From Tubiluchus corallicola (Eukaryota; Animalia; Priapulida): a DNA stretch of 64,000 bases. Below the pieces are notes generated by a model. The model was not told where the DNA came from. It did not search any database and was given only the letters and a program-made list of their open reading frames with translations. Each line of letters opens with the position of its first letter. The first letter of the stretch is position 1. The stretch covers positions 1 through 64,000 of the forward strand of contig JAQGDQ010000883.1 in NCBI GenBank assembly GCA_030141605.1, read 5' to 3'. The position numbers were made by a program, and so were the translations under genes. Shown in pieces: positions 40,401-55,400 of this stretch.

Positions 40401-43400
40401 ACTCTTGAAGCTTATTCTGAGTTTTTGCGCTAAGCGTGTTTTGTCCTGTTGGATGCTAATTTCATTGTTTTTACAGAGAGCAAAATGTGCAGAGCTTACT
40501 TGAGAGAAACAAGCAGCTTGAGGTAAGAATTTAAAGTAAATGCCCCGTCATTTTTTATAAATACGAAACCCACAACTTAATCGGAAAAGAAATGACGTAA
40601 TCGAATTCCAACATTTTTATGCGCCGTAATTACGGGAATTAATTAATTAAACTCGTTAAATCGCAGCAACATTGTCGGCGTTACATTGCCAGTGCCGTTA
40701 CATTTCGGAAAAATCACAAAAATCGCGCAATCGACGTGGTCGTCATTCTAGTGAAATAAAACAATATGGCACTATCTTTGCACCGTAACTTGGCACTCTG
40801 ACAATACGGTTTTGTTGTACTAATATATATGAACATAATTGATTTTCATATTCAGTTACCATTTTTTACACAGCTAAAAATGTTTTTAGTTGCGCAAAAA
40901 CATAATTTTTACATAAAATTTCCAATTAGTAAACTGATAGCGAAAGTGTGTGATATTTTAGCCACTTATAATGATAATGGTAATGCTGATGACAATGACA
41001 ATGATGGTGACAACGTCATCGATAAAGATAATGATTATTATAATGTAACATTATATATGATGCGAAGATTTTTCTAGTTTTTGTAAAGAAAAATAAACTC
41101 ATTTAAAACCTATTCTTTACCTTATAGATTTTACTTTTTTACCAACATTGTAATTAAAACAACAGCAGAGGTAACGTACCCGTTACAGTCAAAATGTTAT
41201 CTGTGAAAAATTTCAAAATTTCAATTTTTATACCTAGAAGTATATATAATTGATTATCAAATTGATTTCGTATCCTATTAATCGATTATAACAGTCACCC
41301 GTCCAAGTACTAACCAGGCTCTACGTTGCTTAACTTCGGTGATCAGACGAGAACCGGTGTTTTCAATGTATATGCTACCGTTACTGATCTGTTATTTAAT
41401 AATCATAATCATAATCTTTTTATTTATCTTGTAACACACGCACAGTTATAATACAATTAATTTGGAAACAAAAGTGTGAAGAAAGGGCAGTGAAAGACCA
41501 ATTGGTCATCTAGTCAGCTGCCCTTTGGTTAGAGATGAAAATTTTTTATAAGCGCTATGCTACAGTGTATTAGTGTTAGTACTGCTTGTAATAAAAATTT
41601 AATTGTTACGAATGACATTAAATTGATATGCTTATAACGTGTTAGTACAATTCATACACAGTAATAATAAGTGCATAATAAAAAAAATCAAACTGAAAAT
41701 AACTGAAATAAAACTGAACTGAAATAAGAACTGAAACAAGAACGGAAATAAAAATTTAAAATTTTCAGGAAGAAAACGAGAAGCTTTCCAGCGAGTTGAG
41801 ACAAGCCGTCGACCAGACGACTAACCTCTGTGAGAAAGTTATTCTGGCAGAAATGTCTCGTGACAAAATGAAACAGAAACTGGAGCAGCTGAAGCAACAA
41901 ACGGGGTAATGTAGCATCTAGTGTGTCGGCTAGAAATGTCTTCCAGGAATGAGAATTTTCTAGCGGATACGCGGAATTCCGAGTTTTTGGAAGACCAGTA
42001 GTGCCATTTTTGTAAATCGCGTAAATTCGTTGACATACAGAGTTTCATTCAGAGTTGCTGTTAGCATAAACCAGGGGTGAGCAAATTATCTGTCTAGCCG
42101 GGCCACATTAAATTTTCCCGCAATTCCTGCGGGCCACAGGCAGTTTGATCAAGGTGCCAAGTACGGAAAGGCCTAATAATGATTTTTTTTGCATCCGACC
42201 TGCGTACATCATTACTACTACACTCAAGAAACTATTTTAGAAGTTATTAAAATTTATATTACAAACCATATATTACTACTTTCAGGACAGATAGTGGTAA
42301 TTTCATTACAATATATATTAGTAATGTGTATCACACAGTCTGTGTAGTACAGTGACATTAAGCTACATCCATCTTGTAAGGATTAATGGCATCCGATCTA
42401 GTAGAAAAAACTACCCGCACTATCTTTGGGATCGTGGCACGGACTTCAGCTGGATACACTCAATTAATCGCCCGGGCCGCACTTTCATTAGGTTGACAAA
42501 TCTCTTCGCGAGCCGGGCAAATTCTCTCGGCTGGCTGCAATTTGCACACCCCTAGCATAAGCCATTTGTGCAAACCTACCGCGTGTAGGTGATGTACAAT
42601 TTCACAATAACCTTTTCTAACTTTATGTAAGTAAAGGGTTTTCTTGTGTTTTAAAGTCTAATGTCGCTTCTATCTGTTCTTGCAAAAGAAAAGTGAAACT
42701 TGAGTCTGTTGAACACTTTTTGTTGCGCTGCCCATTGCATCAACTAGCTAGGGTTGTTATGTTTGATAAATTAAATGAAATACTTCTGCCCGAAAACCTT
42801 AATATAGCTGCCTTAGGAAATAATGATCTGTTGAAGTTGTTATTATTTGGAAAAGATGAATTTAACTATGTTGCTAACTGTAAAATATTCCAATGTATAC
42901 ATGACTTTATATTAAGTACTAAACGCTTGTAGTAGTTTCTATCTGATATGAAATGCATCAGTCTTAAATAATCGTACATTAATATTTCCTAACCATCATT
43001 TTCTACTAATGTCTAATGTAATCTTGTAGTAAAACTTGTCAGCTTGTGTAGTTATAGTCTATTCTTACTGTAAATGTTACTAATATCTAATGTAATCTTG
43101 TAGTAAAACTTGTCAGCTTGTGTAGTTATAGTCTATTCTTACTGTAAATGTTACTAATGTCTAATGTAATCTTGTAGTAAAACTTGTCAGCTTGTGTAGT
43201 TATAGTCTATTCTTACTGTAAATGTTCTTGTAAATGGTTTATAAAGTCTGTTGTGGTGAGGATATTAAATCATGTTGTTCAAACTGTCTGATCCAATCCC
43301 AAATAAATTATGTTTAAACTAAACTTGAGGCAGTGACTGTGACACACGTTCAACTGTTGTTGAATCTGAATGTAATAAAAGTGTTGGCAATATGCTTGCA

Positions 43401-46400
43401 TGGCACAGCTAGTTCAGCAGTTGCGTGGCGAGTTCGCAATTGTTGTAGAATAATAGTCGAACACGTGTATCCGTTATTTTTTATTCGTTTGTACGTAACC
43501 GCAGTCAAGCACAGATTAGTTATTAACTAATTCGATTTCGTAAGATGTACATAAACCCATCTATGGTGAAAAAATTTTATTTTCTCCTTTTTGCCCATTA
43601 GAGAAAAAGGATTGACATTTATGGTCGTAACTTGGCATTATGTTGAGCCTGTTATTGGGCCTTAATCTGTTTACTGTGTGCTGTTATTTGCAACATTTCA
43701 CGTGTCTTGTGAAGCGTAATGCTTTTATTCTCTTACAGCTAAAAGCAGTAATGTTATTTATTGATGAAGAGAAAAATGAGCGACTCACAAAACTTTGAGT
43801 GGGTTTAATGTAAACAGTTGTGATGTCACCTAGCCATCATTATCATTCTAATATTGTTGTCATCGTGTCATTGTCAACGCCGTCGCCATCACAATTGTCG
43901 CCGCAATCGTCATCGTTTTCGTCTGTATATGCGTGTGCTGCTGCTGCTTGATTGTAATTACAAGAGCTGTTTCGTATTGCTTTTTTGTTTCTAAAGGCGC
44001 TTTCATACTCCGACGCCAAATTCACAAGTATCAACTGCTTTGCGAGTTGCTATAGGCAAGTTATTACAAGCTCTCCGACAGCTAGTTGATTTCCTGTAAG
44101 TTACTCTCTAGTGTGAACGCCGCCTCAAGTTACTCATCACACTTCACACAGTGAATAGAGAAATGAGTGTCGGCTCGTGCGTACTGTCAAAAACTACCTA
44201 CCAACAAATTTTGCTCTCCAGTCTGAACACGCTTGCGAGTTACTTGATCAGGGATGAGAATTTTCCGCGGAGACGTGGAATTCCGAGTTTTTGGAAGACC
44301 AGTGGTGCCATTTTTGTAAATCGTGTAAATTCATCGAGAAAATTTGTCCGCTAGTTGGCGGGCCGTAACTTTGTTTATATCACGTACATCAGTGTAACCA
44401 CGTGTAGATCTCTATGTATCAGAATATAGAATCAATTGTGCAGAATTATTTGAGTCAATTGCAGACAGTTTTTATTTACTTTTGCATAGGAGCGGCCAGT
44501 ACTTGGGCATTTTTGAGACAATTAGGTATCATGTATTTTAAGTCCACATAGAGGCTCTCTATGGTCACAAAATGCAATTTGTTGCTGACTGCAACAGGGT
44601 TTTGCCCCTTGAACCCCCGTGGAGGCCTACACGGCCCCCAAACCCCCAAGCTGTTTCAGAGTTTTTTGCAATTTGTCATTCTCATCCACACTTGATGAGA
44701 AAACTCGCTAGTCTGAATGTGTCGTAAGATGTTCATTTAACCCTTTTAGTCCCAAATTATTTTTTTAATAAGAAAAAAATTTTTGGCTTGGTACCTTTGT
44801 TCAGTATGTCCATCTTCTTTACACATAATAATTTTTTTCTACCTGTGCCCGCGTGCTAAATATAGCCTGTACCCTACGCGATACATTGGGATTCAATAGA
44901 AGCATAAAATGTGCTTCATTTTGCAACTGCTGATAATTTTTTGAAGTATTTAAGACATTTAGTATGCATGCTATGCTGATCTGTACAAAGTCATCTCTAA
45001 AGTACTGTACCTTGCGCAGTTTTTTATGCTATGTAAATTTTCTAGTTTGCCATTTTATCACCATTTTTAGTCTGTTGTTATTGGCTTAAATCAAAAGAAC
45101 TATTAACAGATCAAATAACTGTCAGTTTTAAAATTTTGTTAATTTTAAAGGCAGAAAATATTCTCGTATCCCACGGGATACAACGGGTATGAAAGGGTTA
45201 ACATTGGTATTGATCAAAAGTCATAATATTTATGATTTCTTTGATGTTTATGATGTTTTTAGAATAGCAGTAGATGTTATGAATGAAACCGGTGACGGTG
45301 AAGCCGTACGAAAGCAGCTGTCGATCGTAAAGGACCTTCAGGAGAGCATTTTGACTGACATTAAAGAAGAGGGGCACAGATTGGAGGAGCAGCGCCAGCA
45401 AGTGCCCAGCCTGCCTCCCGCTTCGGAGGCACTCTCCAGTCCGAGCAAAACCGGTCCGGCAACGGAGCAGGATCGGGAGTATACCATGCGACAGGCAAAG
45501 CTGAGTCGGGACCTGCAGGAGCTGAACGCCGCTCTTTCCCGGAAAGAGGAACTAGTTTTGAAAGCGGTGGAGACTGACGAGCGGATTGGAATGATGAGGG
45601 CTCAGTACGAGGTGAGACTTAACATTATTAATGTACGCGGCAAATTTTACTGACGAAATAAAATTAAACTAGAAATTTCTCAGCCATATTGGTGCAAATA
45701 TAGCAAAAACTTTTGCGCGTAGCACAGAGGTCTAGTCTGTTGAAATTGTCATTGCTGTCCTTAACTATTCAGAGAATTTTCTGGATAAAACATGCTTGCA
45801 AGACGAGTGGAATTTCTTGCACGTTTGGTGTCTTAGTTCACTAAATACAATAGGTGCCGTTTATTAGACTTTCGGTTAATAGAATCGGTCGCCCAATTGA
45901 CTCAAAAACACCTGCTACGGGCCGCTTCTATTCAAATTTATATTGAAACGTACCGATAATAGACTCGAATAACTCTGCATAAAGTACTCAATATTTTTGC
46001 TTTACATCAGGGGTGTAATCCACTTGCGGCCCGCCGAGAGAATTTGTGCGGCCCGGGCGATTAATTGAGTGTATCCAGCTAAAGTCCGTGCCACGATTCC
46101 AAAGATAGTGCGGGTAGTTTTTTCTACTAGATCGGATGCCATTAACCTTTACAAGACGGTTGTAGCTTAATGTCACTGTACTACGCAGACTGTGTGATAC
46201 ACATTACTAATATGCATTGTAATGAAATTACCACTATCTGTCATGAAAGTAGAAATATATGGTTTGTAATATAAATTTTAATAATTTCTAAAATAGTTTC
46301 TTGAGTGCAGTAGTAATGATGTACGCAGGTCGGATGCAAAAAAGATCGTTATTAGGCCTTTCTGTACTTGGGTCCTTGATCAAACTGCCTGTGGCCCGCA

Positions 46401-49400
46401 GGAATTGCGGGAAAGTTTAATGTGGCCCGGCTTGTCAGATAATTTGCACACCCGTGCTTTACATGCTTCACTAACACACTTGCGTCTGCTCAATAAACTT
46501 TTATGACTTTTGTGTCATCTTGGTTTCCTTTTGTGCTCTATAATATATGTAGAAACAATCATGTTAAGTATCGTCTTGTTTATAAGCAGGAACGTTTATC
46601 ATACAGTAATATGCTAGATTAAAGGCTTCGCTTAAAGGTCCACTGCAGCTAACCTCGTTACCCGAGAATTTCGGGAAGCTGACCATTTAATCGCTTGTCT
46701 TGTCTAGCGGTTTGCTTTTCAAACTCTCGCTGCGTATCGTAGAACGCTTAATCAGTTAGATGTTGCTGTTATGCCAGGGATGCAGGTAAAGTGTTGCAGA
46801 GTTGGTAGAAATGAAACTATGGACGAAGCCACTTGCGGGGGGCGGGGGGGGGGGGGTACATGGGTACCACCAACTGAAGTTACAGCACTTCGACTATCAT
46901 TGGCTTCTTTTGTGTTGAAACATTGTGCTTTTAAATTTACTCTATAATCGATTAATGTGTGCCCTAGTCTAATTTCAAGAAAATTTTGATGTAATTTCAA
47001 TTAAAACATTCTAGTTTCCTAAACTTTTGCTTTTGCTTATTTTCTGCATTGCTCAAAACATAACGAGAAATAGATCTAGTCTAACTTTAAATTTAACTTT
47101 TGTTTGCGACTTTTATCCTTTCTGTTTTAGGCATCCTTGAAGGACTTAGGGTCGCAGCTGGAACAGGTGCTGAAGGAACGAGACGGTCTGCAAAAAGAAC
47201 TGCAGAGTTCAAAGCCCAACGTCGCGTGCGGTAAAGTCAGCGAGCAACGGAGGCTTCGACTCAGAGAACTTGAGGGCCAGATAGCGACGTTGCGAAAGAA
47301 GCAGCAGGAGCATGCAAAAATGCTGAAGTTGAAAGAGCAAAGCGACAAGAAGGTGGAACAGCTTCGGAACGAGATTCTGGTTCGTTGTGGCGCTTCGGCA
47401 ATATTAACTTTTTTTACTTTTAGCAAATTCTCAATATTCATCTTTAGCAGTGGAGTGAGTTTTCTTAGTTCAAAATCTCTTCGAGTCTAAAATCACAGAT
47501 TCAAATAATTTAGCACTTCTACTACATCATACAGTAAGTCCCTGGGTGCGCTTGCACGATCGTACACACTATTTTATTGATCACTTGCTTGTTGCAACCC
47601 AAGAGAACGGTCTACTATACAGAGTTCCAGGAAAAAACAACCGATCAGCCAACGACAAAATAAGTTCGTCTCATCTTTTAACATGAATTTTTCCTTAAAA
47701 ATAGCGTCGACTTGAGGCCAAAGTTTGTCAGAGTGTTGTGTCTGGATAGTTGAATTTTTCTGCATTAGCCAATGAGATACTGTACATTGTTAATGTGCAA
47801 ACGCTGTAGTTACTGAAAGCTTTTTTCATTTTCTTTGATTTTTAATTTGCCTAAGGTAGGCAGGTGCATTTCATACATAATTTTGCATGAAAATCCATTG
47901 TATGAGGTGAAGAAACTTACAAAAATTATCAATTATAATGTAATCACTTATGCTTAGTGAGAGCAAATTTTCATGAACCCGTGCAAAATGTAACAAACGC
48001 TTACAGTCCTGAAGGAGTTATGCAAATGCTTCTATAATGATGCTCTATGTTAACTTTTCAACTTTAAAATTTTTATTTCATTTGGAAGCATTTAGATGGG
48101 CTCTGCCTGCATTTTTTCCTATATCTTCGTACAGGTCAGTTAAACCACTTTATTTCACAGGGAATGAAGCAAGCTCGAGTGAGGCTGATGAAACAGATGA
48201 AAGAGGAGGCAGAGAGGTTTCGTCAGTGGAAGCAGCAGAAGGAGAAAGAGTTAACACAGCTCCGCGCTAAGGACCGGAAGCGTCAGGTGGAATACAAGAA
48301 ACTGGAACGGAAGGCGGAAGTTCAGGCCGTGGTGCTCCGGCGGAAAACTGAGCAGGTACTTCGTGTTATTCGAACATCGTATTTGTGTCGTTTGAAGATG
48401 TTCCATGTTTGCGAAATATTGATGGTTGCTTTTCTGCTAAATTTGTTTAAAGGAAAGAACAAGTCACTTGGTATGTTGGGCTTATTTTACTGTTATCACT
48501 TAAACTGTTTGTGGTGCGCTAAAGGAAAGAACAAGTCACTCAGTATGTTGGGTTTGTTTTACTGTTATCACTTAAACTGTTTGTGTTGTGCTAAAAGAAA
48601 AAAAAGTCACTCAGTATGTTGGGTTTATTTTACTGTTATCACTTAAACTGTTTGTGGTGCGCTAAAGGAAAGAACAAGTCACTCAGTATGTTGGGTTTAT
48701 TTTACTGTTATCACTTGAATTGTTTGGCTTGTGTGCTAAAGGAAGGAACAAGTCACTCAGTATGTTGGGTTTATTTTACTGTTATCACTTAAACTGTTTG
48801 TAGTGTGCTAAAGGAAAGAACAAGTCACTCAGTATGTTGGGTTTATTTTACTGTTATCACTTAAACTGTTTGTAGTGTGCTAAAGAAAGAACAAGTCACT
48901 CAGTATGTTGGGTTTATTTTACTGTTATCACTTAAACTGCTTGTAGTGTGCTAAAGGAAAGAACAAGTCACTCAGTATGTTGGGTTTATTTTACTGTTAT
49001 CACTTAAACTGTTTGTAGTGTGCTAAAGGAAAGAACAAGTCACTCAGTATGTTGGGTTTATTTTACTGTTATCACTTAAACTGTTTGTGGTGTGCTAAAG
49101 GAAAGAACAAGTCACTCAGTATGTTGGGTTTATTTTACTGTTATCACTTAAACTGTTTGTGGTGTGCTAAAGGAAAGAACAAGTCACTCAGTATGTTGGG
49201 TTTGTTTTACTGTTATCACTTAAACTGTTTGTGGTGTGCTAAAGGAAAGGTGAAGTCACTCAGTATGTTGGGGTTGTTTTACTGTTATCACTTGAACATA
49301 GAAAAATATAACAAAGAAATTTCTTAAGAACTACCTATAAAGCGTAAATTTAAAATTACTACCTCTGAATAGAAATTTTCAGGCGTGGTGGTTGTCGCCA

Positions 49401-52400
49401 TTCACTTGAAGATCGTGACATAACCGGGAGACTTCGTGGCTTTCCGTAAATGCTACCTGCTTAGACTAATTCAAACTTCTACAGTTTACCTAATGTTCAC
49501 GCAAAAATATTGCAAAATAAAAAACTTATTATGCTTTTAATGAAGATTGACAGTGCGCTACTTTTCTTCAAGGTGAATGACGTCCTTGGAAGGAGAATTG
49601 ACGTTCAAAATGGGAGCGCCAAAGCATGAAGTGATCACGGTTCTTAAAGCGATTTTACTAGTTACATGAGGCGCTTATTGTAGTTTTATTACTAAACTCT
49701 TCGAACATTTTCCGCGAACTTTGAAATAAGCCAAACTTACGAGAAGGCTTGGCCTTTCGTTTAAGTGTAACTGTTTTGCGTTTTTTTTACATTTTGGTAC
49801 ATCAGAAGTTGGCATTCAGTAGCAGATGTTATTTGCAAACGGTCATGGCAGGGCCGTAAATAATTATCAAAACCGCCCCGCTACTGAACTGAGAGAGGTG
49901 TCTTAGTCATGTATGAATGTGAATACATCTCTCTTGTATAAGGTAAGTGGACAGAATCAGCACGTAAATGATATGGCTCAGACTGAGTATCGTAGTGGTC
50001 CTCCATCCACTTGCTAACCAGTCTAGACTTGTGCTATTCTTACGTTCAATCGTCAAGCACTCTGCGTGTGTCTTGTCTGCGGAAGTGTTTTAGAGCTTGC
50101 ACTTTTGAGATTCTGTAATTACCTGGTTAAGTTTTGCTTAGTCGTCATGCAAAGTCGTTGTCGAATAATTTTTTTGTTTTCAGGCAGCTGCAGCGAACAA
50201 GCGTCTAAGGGAGGCATTGAGTAAGAAGAAAGAAACAAAAGAGAAAGAAGAGACGAATGCAGAAAAAGATGTGAAGGGTATCGGGACAAGAATCAGGGTA
50301 AACTGACATCTTTTGTCATCTACTGACGTAGGTTTAGACTAAGGCCCATTTCACAGTAAGGACGCGTAGCAAAATTCCCATTGTACTCCCTTGTGAGGAA
50401 TTCTGTCGCCAGCTAGAAGCTATGCGTCCTCCTCGTGAGAAATTTTGCCTCATGGTAGAAATACTGCATGTTATATTTTTGTGAGGAATCCTCGCGGAAT
50501 TCAGTCGTAAATTTAACTACTCAATTACTTCTTTCTTATTTAGCAAACAACAATTAGCACTTTTAGCATAAAATTTCTAAGATTTAATCTCTCTTACAAC
50601 AGACTGACGATTTTATTGTTTATTATTGCTGCATCGATGGCTACATTCGTGAAAAAGAAAAATAACGCACGCACATATTTATTTTATAATGTATTTTCAG
50701 ATTTTGAAGTGGTTAGCAGAACTTTACTAAAAATACAAACAGACCTCACATTACATTGACTAACATTATTAACTGTACTTTGTACATGAGAATTACGGCA
50801 AGCATAAATTGAAGTATACATGCTTATATAGTGTAAAACTCGCAAAATAGCTGCAGCTAACAGCAGTGTGAAATGGGTTTAAGTTGGATTTGCCCATCCA
50901 AGTGTTTTAGCATAAGCATTAGGTGCAAGGGCTTACTCAATGTAGCTGGTTGTTGCAAAACTGGAACGCATCTCATAACCCTCTGACACGAGATATATTG
51001 TTTTAGCAGAGATGTCTCTATTATGTTCGGATGCTTCAGCCACCATTATGAAATAGTCTATGTCCATTTGTTTATTTCACTTATTTGCTGTATATAGTTA
51101 CAACTTTTTCAGTAAACATTTTCACAGTTCCAGCGATTGATGATGATTGTTAAAAAGTCAAAAGCTAAGTGTGCCAGACAACGCTTTACAGCCTAAGCTA
51201 ATAGTAACTGTTCTAACAGCTAGCTAGAATCTTACTTAGTTCATTTTTTCTTGTTCCCAAACAAGATCCTGCTAGTAAATCACTCTTATGCACAGACTAA
51301 TACATTATTAAGTAAAGTCCGCGTAAAACGACTGATGTTACTGAACTAGTGTGGCAGACGGCTTTACTTTACTTACACGTGACGGTTGTGGTTAAGATGC
51401 TTTGCTGTGGTACACTTAATTTAACCTTTGACGTACAGCAACTGCACATGCCCTCAACAACACTGTGAGAAAGGCTTATTGTCACGTGTTTTTACGTTGC
51501 ACAGAATTGGTTGAGTCAAGAGCTGGAAATTCTCGTGAGTACGAAAGAGGCAAAGCGTCACCTGGACTCGCTCATGGAGGATCGCAGAGAATTGACGGCT
51601 CAACGTCGAGAGTTCAAAAATAAGCTGGAAAACTTCCGTCCACCCAGTAAGGTAAGATTTGGACGACAATTATCGTTTCTGCTAACGAATTCCGATGAAC
51701 TTGAGTCACTTTCATTAAATCTTGATTTCTTTGCGGCAGAAATTGGCACGTTTGAGCAAGGAAGAAAACGTGATGGAATCACTGGACACCAGCCAGGATA
51801 AGCGGGATTTACAGGATCAGCTGAGTCAACTGGATCACGAGATTGAAACCAGGTTAGTTGCCTCATTGCTGGGTTCATTAATCCAAACAGAAACCTCATC
51901 ACTTAAAGGACAAGAAAAGGGGTACCTGAAGTAGGTTTAAGAAAAATCGCCTTAAAAAATTATACAGTGGCCGCTGCTTATTATGGACACGGTTATTGTG
52001 GACAACTCGCGAGGGACGGAATTTTCCCCTAATAAAATCCGCCGGTTAATATGGACAACCGCCGCTTAATATGGACAGCGAACATTCTTGGCACGTGAAC
52101 CAGCCGTGCCAACCACGGCCTGCGCGCGTGATTGAAAAGAGCTTCCCGCTCTGCTGCCTGTGTGAGTCATTGCATCAGTCAGTTCGCCGTTTGCCTTGGC
52201 CTTGAGAGCTTCGAAACTGTGATAACTTCTTTCCGTTCAAGGTTGAGAGAAAAGTTTCCTGCCAAACAAACTCGTCTGACTTCTTTTTTTCAATAAAACA
52301 GGAGACGAGTTGATACAGAAAGTTTTTTGCCTTTTTTAATGAAGGGGAAGGGTCTTCATGGGTCACTTCGCTTAATATGGACATACACTGCTGGCCCGAG

Positions 52401-55400
52401 GTGTCCACAATAAGCGGCTGCCACTGTATTGCTATTTTATGCGTATATCTTACTCGCACTGAAAAGCGACTGTGACCCCAAAACCCCCGGCCTGTTTCAG
52501 AGTTTTTTGCAATTTGTCATTCTCATTCCTGTATGTTGTCAGTAAGATCAGTAACGTGTTTTTTGGTGAGTCAGTGGTGCACACTGGGATGGCGATACAG
52601 TAACATTTTAGCAAGTGAGACAAATATTTTACATTATTAAGAATTTTCTTTTCCGGTGATGTAAGTCTTTCAAACAAGTGATATAACTTTATGTGGAAAG
52701 TTCTTTGGGATATATTTTAAAAATGCTTTTTTAAAAACATTTAAAAAAAAGTATTTGTTACGTTGCTTTTTAATCTGTCATGTTAATATAATGAAAGTTT
52801 ATTAATGCTAAGAGTGTAGAACATTTTCCCGTTTTTTTTGTTTATTCGTTTTTCTTCATCGATTGCGTATTTCCTGTAGCTTTTGTTTGTCAGGATGCAG
52901 TCGTTTAGATATTTCTATATCAGTCTAATCGTAACAACTCGTTGTCAACCAAGAAATAAGGAATTGTTCTCGTTCTTTCATTTATTTATATATTTTCTGC
53001 GTATCAGAAATGTTCAGATCACCGACCTGCAACAGAAGCTGATGGAGATCGATCATGAAGACAAGCAGAAGCATCGCTGGGACAACCTGAACACGATGGT
53101 GGAAGCCAAATGTGCGCTAAAGTGGCTCTTTCAACAGGTATAAATGCAACTAGCATCATTTCCGTTTGAGCTAACGGTCAAATTTAATGTGCAGACCATG
53201 TTTCTTTAATTAAAAGAGCTAACAGTAATGTAAAATTTGAAAGAGAAGCGGAAGTATTGCTGTGACAACCTAAAACTGTTGATTGATAAAATATGTTTTG
53301 CGTTTATTATCAATGGCTTCATCTAGTTTCTTTATGCAAAGTCTGCAAACATTAACTTAGGCGTATCATGATGTGTATCGTATCATGGCCTTAGTGTATC
53401 GTTACAGCAGGGGTGTGCAAATTGCTGGCCACTTGCGGCCCACCGAGAGAACTTTTGCGGCCCGCAAAGAGATTTGTCAACCTAATGAAAGTGCCCGGGC
53501 GATTAATTGAGTGTATCCAGCTGAAGTCCGTGCCACGATCCCAAAGATAGTGTGGGTAGTTTTTTCTACTAGATCGGATGCCATTAACCCTTACAAGACG
53601 GTTGTAGCTTAATGTCACTGTACTACATTGACTGTGTGATACACATTACTAATATGCATTGTAATGAAATTACCACTATCCATCCTGAAAGTAGAAATAT
53701 ATGGTTTGTAATATAAATTTTAATAACTTCTAAAATAGTTTCTTGAGTGTAATAGTAATGATGTACGCAGGTCGGATGCAAAAAAAATGTTATTAGGTCC
53801 TACTGTACTTGGCTCCTTGACCAAACTGCTCGTGGCCCACAGGAATTGCGGGAAAGTTTAATGTGGCCCGGCTAGTCAGATAATTTGCACACCCCTGCGT
53901 TACAGCTTTATTAAGTCACCATTCAACAAGTGTAGTTCTTTTACTGAGCCGGCTAGCAAATTGCATCACATTTTATCTTGCTTAGACACGTTTGAGATGT
54001 TTCTCTTGTCGGCTAACTGAGAATTAAAGCAGGTGAATTAATTAGGCAGTGGATGCGAAGTTGGAGGCTGGTGTTTGCACGGAGAGCAAGGAAGATTTGC
54101 AGTTTAATCTGAACGAGACGACGAGGAAGTGCGAGTCGCTTCATGAAGAGATGCGTTCACTGAAGAATGAACACGATGAGAAACTTCACGAGCAGCTGAG
54201 ACAGCATGAAGATAAAGTAAGAGTGTCTTGCTAGCAAAGTATTGATTTTCTGCAATAATTCAACATCAGTAACCTGCTCAATCTAGTCTGATATCAAAGC
54301 GATTGTTTTTCAATGTGAATTTTGAATTGTCTGTAACGTGAAGTTCATTTTTTCTGTTTGACCGCTTCAAATCTTTTAATAAGCTGCCGCGAAAAGAGTT
54401 CGGTGGCTGCGCCAATGACGAGATAAAACACAATGTTTCAAGGTGAAGGAAAGAAAATTTTAAAGTACATCCCAAAAAAAATTTCCACCAAAGTTATATT
54501 ACTTTACATTACGCTTACCTGTTCAAAAAGCTTAAGTAATTAGACTAGAAAATTCAAATAATTTAAAACGTTTACACCACCTAGTAGAATGGCGGCACAT
54601 CGCCATCCCAGTGTGCACCACTGATTCACCAAAAACACATTATTGATCTTATTGACAAGATAAAGTATTTTATGTTCTCTTCATTTTTTCAAACTTTATG
54701 CAATGTTATCTAAGCTTATTTCAGACGACTTAATGTTAAAATGGCCGTGCTTAACTGTCATCACGGGAGTTTAAATTTCCAAATTTTATACAGACAGCAT
54801 GTATGCGATGCAAAAATCGATGCGAATTTTTCAAGTTTTATTTATGAAGCTACACACGTGTCGTTAATCAATCTCCTAATTGTCTCATAAACGTCTAGTA
54901 TGGGCTGCTCTTGGCATACAAGCTACACACGCGTCGTTACACGCTGCTTGGTTGCACCGATGTAATGATATAAACAAAGGGACGTCCTGCCAACTAACAG
55001 TCAGCTCGCGAAACAGCCGACTGAGTCCGTAATATGCGAAACTTTTAACAGTCCAGATTTTGTCCGATTTTTCCAATATCCATAAAAGTGAGGTCCGGCA
55101 AACCAAGATGTGAGTGTAGTGTGTTTTTGGTGAGTTAGCGGTGCCCACTGGGATGGTGGTGCACACTGAGATGGTGATGGAGAGCCGTTTCACTAGGTGG
55201 TGCAAACATTTTAAATTATTAACAATTTTCATTTTTAATTACCGGGTACATAATCTTTCAAACTGTTAAGCGTAACGCTAAGTTATATAACTTTGTGTGG
55301 AAAGCTTTCTGCTCATGCTTTAAAATTCCTTTTTCTTCCCGTTTAACATGTTAAATTCATGGCAGATATTTGGTGGATATTGAAGCTAAACCATTATATT

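Noticed and set aside
42352-42555. Recurrent ORF MTLSY...[16 protein letters not shown] (three copies)
   Set aside because: Lies inside hAT MITE family B; its ends vary and it has no recognisable domain
49049-49327. 24-aa Cys-containing repeat ORF
   Set aside because: A by-product of the 72-bp MITE tandem unit; the frame is broken in other units
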